DNA of 56,825 bases, counting the filler, from Sluysia triapertura (lineage: Eukaryota), in assembly GCA_046118255.1 (NCBI GenBank). It is 4 parts of 4 records of this genome, joined end to end, with 100 filler letters (N's around TTAATTAATTAA, not from the genome) between each part and the next. Parts side by side here need not be neighbours in the genome. Positions count along the whole stretch, not along the records: positions 15,493 to 29,540 come from JBJNIA010007658.1; positions 29,641 to 45,048 come from JBJNIA010229123.1; 2 more parts are not named here. The stretch is one strand, 5' to 3'. Positions 27,410 through 38,632 of this stretch are shown here, piece after piece (positions within the stretch are counted from its first letter, which is position 1; each line of letters begins with the position of its first letter). The notes below the pieces were generated by a model that was given only the letters and a program-made list of their open reading frames with translations, was not told where the DNA came from and ran no database searches. Made by a program: the position numbers and the translations under genes.

Positions 27410-27635
27410 AGCCTTAAAAGTCGGAGACCCTTTAAACACTGATACCTTCATGGGTCCTTTAGTTTCCAAGGAGCACATGGACAAGGTCTCATCATATCTA
27501 ACGAAAACAACGGGAAAAGTCGTGTGTGGATTCGGTGTGGATGATTTGTGTCTTTCTGAGGATTTACGAAAGGTTATTTTTTCAGACCTAAAATCTCTTC
27601 GCATTTAAAATAATCGAATGAGATATGTCAGAACT
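27410..27635 (+). pseudogene. Aldehyde dehydrogenase (ALDH8A1-like) fragment
   Basis: After a ttttag acceptor it reads ALKVGDPLNTDTFMGPLVSKEHMDKVSSYL...VVCGFGVDDLCLSEDLRK, then frameshifts into GYFFRPKISSHLK*SNEICQ. The ORF track lists only the antisense frame. Confidence 0.8.
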
Positions 27636-29469
27636 AAATCTAAATCTAACGTATAATAATAGTTCCAGTAATAATGTAGGAATGATATATTAATGATATA
27701 GTAATAATACATCAGCTCCGATACCTTCGTCAACCAAACTTTAACTTTTAAAATAATAAATTCATTAATTATTTAAGTAATTGTAAATTATTATTATCAT
27801 TGTAATTTTTAATTTCTTTCAAATATTAAAACTGACAGCTGTCATCATTGTTATTAAATTTTATCTTTATTATTTTTAATTATTATCAATATTTATTATT
27901 ATTGTTAATTTTTATAATTTTTGTTATTTTTTATTATTATTTTATTACTTATTAATAATTTATTTGTGGACAGTTTAAATATTGAAAGAAATTTTACATT
28001 AAACCTGATGAATAACGTTATTAACGAATAAAAAAATGATGAATTCTTCATAAAAGATATGCATGTTAATGAAGTCTAATGTTCTACGTCAATGTGTCAT
28101 TCAGTTATTTGTAGAACTGCTTATGATATTCTTAACTTTCACACAGAAGACCTCAAATTAATAAAAGAGATAGTGAAGTCGACACTGTAACACTTTTTAA
28201 TCAGCCATTGTGGTTAATGCCAGATATTAAAACAAGATAATAAACAAGAAATACATCGAGGTTCAACGTATGCAGTGCAAATAGTAAACGTGTCGTAAAA
28301 TGGCTTTAATTTATGATACGAACAAAGAGTTAACTCGACACTCGATAATTTTGATGCTTTTCACCGACGAACTCACTAAGATTTTGAGTTATTCGATTTA
28401 CGATCATACGATTATTAATATGGTTCACAAAATTTTAAAAAGTAGACGAATATTCTCTACGAGGAGTGAAAACTATTTGAAATATTATTTCGCGAATTTT
28501 TCGGTGGATAATGTTTTCTATTGGTCCATTATCTTCATTATTTTCTGAATCGACAAAGCCACTTGGATATCTACTATCAAGGAGGGGATTAGAGTTAGGG
28601 TTTCCCAGTAACACTAGCTCTATTTGACACTGCTTTACATTTGCCACAACATGTGTATAGTTTCCTAGGTAAGCTTTTATTAAGATTATATCTAAATTAA
28701 TTCGAACTTTGCTTCTAATAATGATCGAGTTTCATCAATTCTCATCCTAACCTTGATGTTTGTAAGTCCACAACATTGTGAGGTAATTGATATATTTTAC
28801 TTCTGCTGCTTTGTAACCATGACTACGCAATTGTATTGAGTCTGAGTATTTGTGGAAGTTATGGCCGACTCATAATCATCATGACAAATATATTTAATAT
28901 TTACCAAAATTGATTTTAGAGAGATTAATTGATATAAAAATTACTCTGACGTTATTCGATAAATCAGGGAGGATGAAACAAAGAGAACGAGAATAACACA
29001 AAATTTTACAGAAGAAAAGAGTAAATCACAAAAGGAGATAATTTATCAGCAATTCTTACTTTGATTTTTTGTAATCTGCTCCGGCAAGGTATACATGTTC
29101 GGCTTGGCATCTTCAATTGGTTAGGGTTAGATCACTATTGTCATGCATGATGTTTGTTGATTTAATTGAATAGCATAGCTTTACATTGTCATTGAGTACA
29201 TTTGACTTATATTCATCAATGGCACGATCCGATTGGTCATTGAATCTTTCATACATTTCGATAGAAAATTTTTGATTTTTGAAAATTTTTCATTTGCATC
29301 TTTGTGTAGTATTACTCATTATATATATTGAAAGAAACTATGTATTGACATCTTACGATACAGTATTTTGTAAATTTTTATATTATACTTATGACAATAC
29401 TAACTATTTTTATTATTATCATTATCATTATTTATATTTTCATTTAATAATTGTTACAGAGGTACCGAA

Positions 29470-29540
<71 letters not shown>
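29470..29540. repeat. (AAT)n microsatellite at a contig end
   Basis: Pure AAT run up to the gap. Confidence 0.95.
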
Positions 29541-29640
29541 NNNNNNNNNNNNNNNNNNNNNNNNNNNNNNNNNNNNNNNNNNNNTTAATTAATTAANNNN
29601 NNNNNNNNNNNNNNNNNNNNNNNNNNNNNNNNNNNNNNNN
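29541..29640. other. Artificial contig linker
   Basis: N-TTAATTAATTAA-N, 100 bp. Confidence 0.95.
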
Positions 29641-29985
29641 TCTTTAATCTGTTATTTTGATTTAGATCCAAATCGTGTATTTTATTTAATGCTTGATGTG
29701 TTAGAATGGCCCCTAGAATATACACAGATATTTATTGATTACCTTAAAACTAATAGACAAGATATATGCGCCCTAATTCGAAACAAATCAACTATAGATT
29801 GCCCACCTAAACTATTTTATAAATTAAATCGTATTTTTGTTATGAACAATCTAATAAAACTTAATAATATTTGTGAGTATTTACTACCAACTGAGCAAGA
29901 AACTAAGAGAAAGCTCAACAATATTTTAATTCTTTTAAAAGAACCCACTACACCCTTATGTAACCTCTTAATGGTAAAAAATTAA
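29641..29985 (+). pseudogene. THOC2: THO complex subunit 2 N-terminal region fragment
   Basis: SLICYFDLDPNRVFYLMLDVLE...PPKLFYKL...NLIKLNNICEYLLP matches THOC2 [22 protein letters not shown]...TPSSLY...NLIDLDDLYVHLLP. It is cut by the gap on the 5' side and abuts the family A tract on the 3' side. It could instead be a true exon. Confidence 0.72.
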
Positions 29986-29989
29986 AAGC

Positions 29990-30575
29990 AAGTGTAATTT
30001 TAAATGTTACTTGATATTTTTAAGTGAAGTAATGCTTTTGTCTGAAGATAAGCTTAAGTAATGAAAAGTTATGATTTACTTCTTTCGAAATAACATTGAT
30101 GTTTGAAGTGGATTGTAAATGTATACTGGTGTTTGAATGAAAAAAATGTTTAGTTGTTAGGATTTAATGATAAAAGATTGTGAATTTATAATGTTTGGAT
30201 TGCTTTGAAAATGTCTGTTGATTAATTTCGAATGTGATTGTGATTGAACTGTTAAGAAATGAAGAATAAAATGTTTTAGATGAATTTTTAAATGTAATTT
30301 AATGTTTTTGAATGTACTTGTGGTTTGAATGTTATGAGATTGTGGGTTTAATTGATTTTAACGGGTGAAGATGTTTTGGTGGATGTAAAAGAGATAAATA
30401 TGGGAATGTTAAAATGTTTAAGAGTGTGGTTTTATGTACAATGTGTTAATTTAGTTTAATGCTGTTTTCTGTTGATTCTTGAATGTGATTTGTAGATTTT
30501 GAGAATGATTATTAGGTTATCGAAAGTTTATGTAATTTTTATAAAACTCATTAGGGAAATAGGTTGGCCACCACA
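29990..30575 (-). mobile_element. Family A terminal tract copy
   Basis: Ends AGGTTGGCCACCACA and aligns in reverse with 16468-17100 (for example tttggattgctttgaa vs ttcaaagcaatccaaa). Confidence 0.65.
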
Positions 30576-31089
30576 AATTCGATCACCTAAATTCAAGTCA
30601 AAGCAGTAGTTCGTCTGGCGTTCAATCCAATCAAATCCCAAACCAGGTCCAGAAATCCCGGTATGAAACCTTCGGCTTTTCGTTTTCCAATACTCCTCCA
30701 GTTCAAAAATCCATGATTAAATGTACTCTGCGCATTCGTGATGGACGCATTGGCAGAACAGTGGGAAGTTCCAAATTACTCAGAACGAAAACCCACGTGC
30801 CTCAGCCCGAACCTCTACCTAAACTGGCCACAGCACGATATCTGGGAAATACAACCAGGATTTCAAAACACACAAATAGGTCTTAAATCATCTAAAGTGT
30901 AAATAATAAATCTTAAAGAAAAATAATATGTATATTAATAAATAAATAATAATCGTAAGAAAAATTCAGTAATTTTGTAAATTTTTGTAAATTTATTTAA
31001 TAAAAGTAATAATAATTGTAAAAAATATAATAAATTAATCTTTATGTAAAAATGAATATTTATATTTAAATTATAAACCATAATAAATT

Positions 31090-31245
31090 AATCGTCATTA
31101 AATAAAACGGATGTACATTAAATTGGAATATTTATATTATAATTTATAAATAATTATTTTGTTTATAATCAAAATCGTCATTAAATAGAACGGATGTACA
31201 TTAAATTAGAATATTTATATTATAATTTATGAATAATTATTTTAT
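31090..31245. repeat. About 83-bp tandem duplication
   Basis: aatcgtcattaaata.aacggatgtacattaaatt.gaatatttatattataatttat occurs twice. Confidence 0.85.
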
Positions 31246-31425
31246 TTAATAACGAAAAAGGATATTGTGATTGTTTATTAAAAACTAAACGGATATTTGT
31301 ATTACCAAAGTGTACAACGAGAAAAAGATATATAAAGGTTTGAAAAAATATTAATAACGATAATAAGAATTTTTAGACTTATTTTAACGCACAATTATTA
31401 GTTGTTGAAAAATTTTAGTCAATAA

Positions 31426-31584
31426 TTCGATTTTGGTAAAGATATTTCAATTTTGGTAAAGATATTTCAATTTTGGTAAAGATATTTCGATTTTGGTAAA
31501 GATATTTCGATTTTGGTAAAGATATTCCGATTTGGTAAAGATATTTCGATTTTGGTAAAGATATTCCGATTTGGTAAAGATATT
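31426..31584. repeat. 19-20 bp minisatellite (TCGATTTTGGTAAAGATATT) x8
   Basis: Head-to-tail units with no spacers. Confidence 0.92.
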
Positions 31585-32639
31585 GGTGAAACAAATTATT
31601 CGGTTACACGACTCGATCTACTCAATTTCGGATACTCTAATATTCAAACAAAGATTACGTAAGCTATTTAGTTATAAGATTTATGACCCTATTCTTCACG
31701 GTCTTAATATCTGACGTAAAATCTAAATAGACATTTTTTAATAGGACACCCACAAGTACTTTCTGGGTTAAAATCTTACTTAAATTTGTAATATATATAT
31801 TATTATTATCATTAAATTGCTCATATTATTTAAAATTTTTATTGTTCCTAAAATTTTATTGTTGTTTTATACCTTTTTATATTTAATAATAAAAATTCCC
31901 ACACTCAGTGTTTTGTTGTATTATTGAATAAGAAATTTGTAAAATTTAGCTGAGAGAAAAATAATAATTGTGATAAACTTAGACATTAAATAAAAGTTTT
32001 TATTTTTAAAAGATTAGAAGTCAATTAAAGAAAGTTAAAGAATTTTTTGAATTTGTTAATAGTTGTAAAAATATAAAAGATTTAAAAAAGGAGTAAAGAT
32101 ATTTAAGTACTAATAAGGATATAGTTTAGAATTAATTATTTTCTTTTGAATACATTATCAGACTAAAATATTAGATAAAAGTTTAACCTCAAAAAATACA
32201 AAAACATTCTAACATCAGAGCATACAGTACTGACCCTCTTTAATTCATTTGACAAAGCTTTAAAATCCTACGCAAACGTCCATTATAGGTAAACAGTTTA
32301 GCGTAGGCGGACCCAAAATATAAATTTAATATTTTTTATAATTGTTCGAAGAGTTAAGGAAAACCGAACACAACTTATACAATATTATAACCAACAATTA
32401 TATAATGACAAATGGATAATCAGAGCAACAATAATTTATCGTCACACTACTAAGCAAAATTGAAACAAATGAAATATCAAATACTAAAAATTTTTGAATA
32501 TATTTTAAATTAAATTATCCCCTCGCATACGCACGAGGGCAAAACATTTAGTTCAGAAAATTTTACGGGCCGAAAACAAAAAATATATATGTATTTCATT
32601 TTTTATTTGTTTTATTGCACAAACTGATTAAAAAAAGTA

Positions 32640-33375
32640 CAAAAATTTAATATTGTTTCGACGAACACTAACTAATTTCATAATGTCAAGTCTTATGTTT
32701 TGAGATAATGATGTTCTTAATGTTAACCTTGATCTATGTGACGATTTATTGATTTTTAGCAAAGAAAAAAGCTGCTCGCACAAATAAGTACATCCGAACG
32801 TCCTATAAATTTTTGAAGCAAACAGTCCATTTCATTAAAGTTTTCAGGAAAATACGAATAAAACTCGGGTACCTACTTCGTTATATTTTTCTTGTAGTGC
32901 CGCATTGCATTGAATTTCTACCAACTCTATGTGCACTTTGCTTCTTGCTTTTTCAGCATTATACGAAAATGGGGCATTGAACAACAAAGAATCTTTTTCA
33001 CACGCTTGAAAGCTGTGAAATCTTATTTCAATTTGTAACAACAGATCGTCAAAATATGAAGTATATTTGACAAAATTACAATTAATATTCCATTCTTTAT
33101 AACCTTTACAAGCGGGAAAATGAACTAAATCACAATTTTTTAGTTGTTTTTTCCAAATTGCGAGTTCCAATTGAAATGCCTTAATAAACTCTCACATTTG
33201 TGTGACAGCTATATTTAGACTCTAAAGTTTTAAATTTAACTCATTTAAATGCCGCGTAATATCGGTTATAAAACTTAACTCCTGCATCCAATTTTTATCT
33301 TTAAATTATTCAACTGACTGATCTTTCATTTCTAAGAACGTTTTGATTTCATTACGAAGTTCCCAGAACCGCATC
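32640..33375 (-). mobile_element. Degenerate hAT transposase C-terminal half (Buster/SPIN/GTF2IRD2-like)
   Basis: RFWELRNEIKTFL...FITDITRHLNELNLKL...HFPAC...IELVEIQC...FGCTYLCEQLFSLLKINKSSHRSRLT, including the hAT dimerisation motif, with stops and frameshifts. Confidence 0.88.
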
Positions 33376-33654
33376 ATTTTTTTGTTGCTGTGGTCATTAA
33401 TTTTAAATCAAACTGCCAGCGGTTGACAGTTAATTAAACAAAGTAGTATCAATAGTATTTACTGATAGCTGGTTATCGTTATTACTAACTCTGTGCTTCC
33501 ATTGGTTGTCCAACCAGAATTAACATTGCTATCTTGTCTCACTTTCTGATTGAACGATTGATTTTCATTAGAGAGCTATTTTTAGAATTATTTTATTATT
33601 TAGACAACATTTTGTAAAAATTTTTATAGATTTAGATTATTATATTTTGAACAG

Positions 33655-34515
33655 GTGTTGAAAATAAAAATAAAACTACAATAGTAACTGATGAAATCAT
33701 TGATATAGTTCAAGAAGAATGTAATAGATTAAATAATTCTACCGTTGTTAAGAGGCGCAGTGTTATAGATGGATTATTAAGAGAAATTTTCGAATTTATT
33801 GAGCAAGAATGGGCAAAATTACGGCAAATCAGTGATCTAAAACCTTTTATAGAAAAAGTTTGTTTTCTTAAATTTTATATTGAATATAATGATGTTGAAA
33901 TTAAAAGCAATAATAAATTATATCGTAGTTGTGTAAAATTATTAAATCATGCTGTAAAACGTCCAGATATGTTTAGTTGGACTCATTTACAACACAATTT
34001 TTGCGTGGAAGATGAAACTGCATTAACAAATATTCTTTACATGGGTGATGAGCATGATGTAAAATTTTTTGATGAATTTTTAAATAATTACGATGGTAAA
34101 TTGCACGGAAATTTTCCTTTTAATTTTGATGAAAGATTATTTAGTGTTGTAATCTTAATGATAACCATGATTGGAAAAAATTATTAAATTGTAAAGTATT
34201 AGATCGAAATACTACTGAATGTCCAACTATAATATATAAAACTGTTGCAGAGGTATTTGGTCATGAACATGATTATGGCAAATTAATAAATCGTTATTTA
34301 GATACTTTTAGTTCAAATGAACACGTTGCAGACAAAGTGACACCGAATTTTGATAATGAGTCAGAAATGACGAAGTTAGATGTAAAATTTAAAGATAACA
34401 TAAAAGTATCGAATACCGTAGTAAGTAGTAAAACATTAGGGCACAGTCGTGATGAAATAACCCATAGATTCCGATCATTACTCTATCGTCGCCGTTTTAA
34501 GTACGTATCCATGCA
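33655..34515 (+). pseudogene. EZH2: Enhancer of zeste (EZH1/2) N-terminal half, frameshifted, no CXC/SET domain
   Basis: Open frame from 33657 (..IEQEWAKLR..VKLLNHAVKRPDMFSWTHLQHNFCVEDETALTNILYMGDE..NYDGKLHG). A shifted frame follows with a SANT1-like segment, TPNFD and THRFRSLLYRRRFKY (compare SLHSFHTLFCRRCFKY). Confidence 0.85.
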
Positions 34516-34599
34516 GAACACCGTGTTCAATGTATAATAAGCCATCCTATTGTCATACAGTTATAGTTATCAATGAATGTTGTATAAACCACAAAGAGA

Positions 34600-35075
34600 C
34601 AAAAATATCAAATAAACAAATGATTGAAGCTTGCGAATTATTAGATGCAATTCAAGAATTATCGATGAAAGTCGGACTGGATCAGGAAATTAGTAATAGA
34701 GAAATGAAGTTAAATTCTACAATTCCTTTTCGTACAAGCCTCAAAAATTAGATTTAGAATCTCAAACTTTTACTCTGATAAAGTTGCACAAACAGCTAGA
34801 CTTCATCTTTGATCTTGATGTTTTTACAACCAGAATTCAAATGATTCCATCAGTGTTGTACACAACAAAAATGGACAACAATCTTCAATCTTATGATTAA
34901 GTCCGGTTTATGTCTATGCGGTACGATCCAAAGTGGAAAGTGTTCAAGATTCGGCAGCACTTGTTTGTATTCACATGATGCGTGCGAATCGTAGATATTT
35001 TTGGTTGGACGTCAGACTTGATAAATCATCATCGTAGAATCCACGAATTGATATTATCTTTGACGATACTTCGGC
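34600..35075 (+). pseudogene. Disrupted family A ORF with C-x9-C-x6-C-x3-H finger
   Basis: QMIEACELLDAI..., KLDLESQTFTLIKL...DLD, KSGLCLCGTIQSGKCSRFGSTCLYSHDACE and FGWTSDLINHHRRIHELILSLT all align in order to 25093-25739. Confidence 0.65.
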
Positions 35076-35593
35076 TTACAATGCACCAAACATGCTTTTT
35101 TATTCTTCTATTGTTATTATTATTACTATAACTATTTATTTATATCCTTTATTTTTCTTTAGGAGTTCAAAAAGTCTATTAATGAGACATAATCAGGAAA
35201 TAATCGACGCAGAACAAAATTTAAGTTTACATGTTAATTTTTGTCTTTGTTTTATGTATTATAAAATAAAATTAAAAATAAAATATTAAAAATAAATGAT
35301 ACTAAAAAATTAGTATATAAATATCAAAGTAATTTAAAATTAAAATTTATAAATATTAATTCACAGCTGGTTTTGCAGAATTATGCAAGTCTACATTAGT
35401 GTTAACTGGTGTTGTTAAGAAAAATCAAACAATGAATACCAAATCAATGGTAGAGTTAATGTCTCAATGTAATGTGAACCACAACCACCGAGATTTTTCA
35501 GATTACCCCTTGTCATGTTTTCCAATTTTAGATAGAGCCCCTGCTATTCATTTTGAAAGATTTAAATTTCTGACAGTAGTGAAGTACCTATAG

Positions 35594-35828
35594 CAGTGAT
35601 TCCCAAAGTGGTCTATATCGAGCCCCAGGAGTCGCTCTATGGAGCGAGTGAGACGCATATAAAATGCTCCGAGATCAAATAAAAGCAGTTTTCGACCGAC
35701 GATATTAATTATATTAATAATATTATATTTTTATAATTTTTTTGCAATTTTTGAAATTTCTTGCCACTGACCCCCAATTTTTCTCACTTGCAGGTTTTCA
35801 TCGACATATACCACTTTGGGAATCACTG
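35594..35828. mobile_element. hAT-type MITE
   Basis: Perfect 18-bp TIR CAGTGATTCCCAAAGTGG / CCACTTTGGGAATCACTG. The 8-bp TSD is not preserved. Confidence 0.75.
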
Positions 35829-36899
35829 ATCCAGAATTAAAACTTCCGTCGTATATTTGTTGATAAGACAGTTAAATGTGTTCAACAGGAAAGTTTCAAT
35901 GGTTTGTTTTAGTAATTATTTCATTTACTGTCTACCATCGGTTTGTCGAGAATATAAAGGAAAAATTAAAGTTGAATTTATTTTTACATACTTTTGATGC
36001 GAGTTTAACGAATTAGATCAAATACATTTGTAGTATTTTTATTGTGACAACAGAAAATAAGGATTAATTATAACAAATTAAGTTTTTAAATTATACTTAA
36101 TAGAGATCGAATAAAATATATTTGGACAGAAGACAATAACAATAATTACAACATTGTATCGAAATCACACGTTTAAGAAATATATGTTAAAAACTTTAAA
36201 AATTTTAAAAACTATATAAATCTTTATTTACATTCTTCGTATATCGCTAAATGTGACGTTGAAATCAATCTACCCTGGTTTATATTATTTTTGATTGGAA
36301 CATTAACTTATTTTAATAACAAAACACGTTACTATAATTTTTCTAAATTTAGTATCACATTTTAAAATGTTACCAAATTAAAAAGTAATTGTAAGAAAAA
36401 AAACTACAAAAATAAAAATTCAATAGTGAAATGGAATAATAAAGTTAATTTATTTTAAATGAACTTCAATTATAAACAATTGAACAGTGTGCATTATTAA
36501 GAATTGTATAGAAAAAATTTAGCTTATTTGAATTAATATTTTTATTGTTTTGCAACAAGTAGTTATACGTATATATTTTAGGTAATGACAATAATTAAAA
36601 ATTTTAATAAATTTATCTATTAAATTTTTATGTATATAATGTCATGAATTTGTTGAAAAATACTATTTATATGTTTCAATATGAATGTTTTTAAGGTACT
36701 TATTTAAATCATATGATTACAATTAGTTCAAGGAATCATATCAATAAGGGGTTATGTAACCATCACAACATTTATTCAGCGATTTATTAAGTATTTTAGA
36801 ATTAATAAAACTATTATAGATAAGATTTAAATTTTTATTAAAGAGAATAAAATTGTTAAAAACTTCTGGTTTAGTTATTGCAAAATTTTTATACCTTAA

Positions 36900-38632
36900 T
36901 TTATTTAATAATAAATACATTTAAAGGAAAAATAACTAAAATAAGATCTAAGGCATATATTATAAACTAAATTTATTGATTTAATAAAAATTTTCTTCAT
37001 AAAATGAAATTCAAATGATAGCAAATGTTGATGCCGCATTGAAAATATTACGATCCGTACGCTAAAATGGTATTCAGACATATAAGGACACAATGAATAA
37101 AAAATGATAGTAATGAAATAATAAATACAAAAGACAAAGATATACCTTAAACGAGTAGACTCGTGGCGAATATGACGTATAACTGAGTTAGGCATAAACA
37201 TATTTGAACCAATTTAATGCGAGTGGTAGGTGATTGAAAAATCCACTGTTTGAAGGAATTTACTGGAAAGGATTGCATTATATAATAAATGGTGAGTTAT
37301 GTTATTGAACTAAATTATAATTACATGTATCGGCTGAACTGATATAATTGATGAAATAGTTTCATTAAATATATTGTTAAGATCCAATGTTAGAAAATCT
37401 GGAGAAGTTAGATAAGTATGTTAGTTTTTGGTTCAATATTCAGTGCAGAAGATGCTTTTCTAAATATCATATAACTAATAAAATCGTCATCATTTGCTTT
37501 CTAAGCATTGGTTTTACAGTTATTACATTGTTCTTGATCTACATTATGTCCACATTTATTTGTTTGAAATGATTTATATTCACTTTGATGTTTTTTAACT
37601 ACGATATCTTTTAATACATTAGTTCTTCGAGAAATATTATCAAAATCTTTTCTTAATTCAATGAAATCAGTGGAACAATTCTTTAAATCATGAGAAATGG
37701 CTTTATAGCTACTACTGGATACTTCATTGATTTATTATTCATGATATTTAATCGATCGAGTATATGACTAATGCTTTGTTCGATTTTATAAATGAATTCT
37801 GACATTAGTTTTTTTGTTAATCTAATTTTATCATTGGTTTTTAAGCTACTAATTTTTAATTTACTGTACGTATATGATGATTCCCAAAATTTTGTAGTAA
37901 TAATAGTTTTCTGATAGTTTTTGTGTACAAAATTTTTAAAAGTGATTATTATTGTGGCATACAAATTGTGATCAATTTTTATTGGCCAATCAAAGCAACT
38001 TCTTGTTGTTGCACCACTTTAATTAAAATTTTTGGTGTACAGTCAGAGTATCAGTGAATGATACACTGACTAATTATAAGATGTCATTTGTTGACAGAAA
38101 AAAATTTTAAATAATGACAAACTGTCCAGACTGACAGTTAAAATAAATGTTAATAATATATTAATAATTAATAATGATAATAATAAAATGTAATAATGTA
38201 AATAATAATAATAATAAAATAAAATAACAATGGCAATAATAATAAAATAAAATAAAAATGACATAAATTTCTTTCTAAATATTATTTCTTAATATAACAA
38301 TAATAATAATTATGAAATAGAAATAAAAATTCATAAATTCATATCTTTTTCTTTACTTTTCCTTTAGATAATTTTCTTTTATTCTTGAAGTTCAAGAAGG
38401 AGATGTAAAGGTTAAGTGAGAATGTAACGAAGATTGTGAAGAAGTATAAAAGGAGAGTAACAATGTAGTTAAAAGTGTTAAAAGAAATTTCAATTAGTTT
38501 ACTGCTTTAAACTAGATTTAAAATGCAAATTTAATTATTTTTGATGTTATGAATGTTTTAAGTGTTGTAAAAATGTGATTTTTAGTGTAAAGTAATGAAT
38601 TAAAATTTTGAATGATAAAGTTGGCTACCACA
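36900..38632 (-). mobile_element. Family A element copy 3 with degenerate unknown ORF
   Basis: Terminus TGTGGTAGCCAAC at 38632, then a tract, an agaaagaaatttatgt block and ctgtca/tgacag hairpins at about 38040-38140. Long but disrupted frames follow at about 37200-37980. Confidence 0.5.

Noticed and set aside
29279-29596. 105-aa poly-Ile ORF (likewise ORFs at 42296, 42399, 42422 and 45101)
   Set aside because: Produced by the (AAT)n run and/or translation through N gaps.
31426-31584. CRISPR-like array
   Set aside because: Units are contiguous with no unique spacers, the context is eukaryotic and no cas genes are present. It is a minisatellite.
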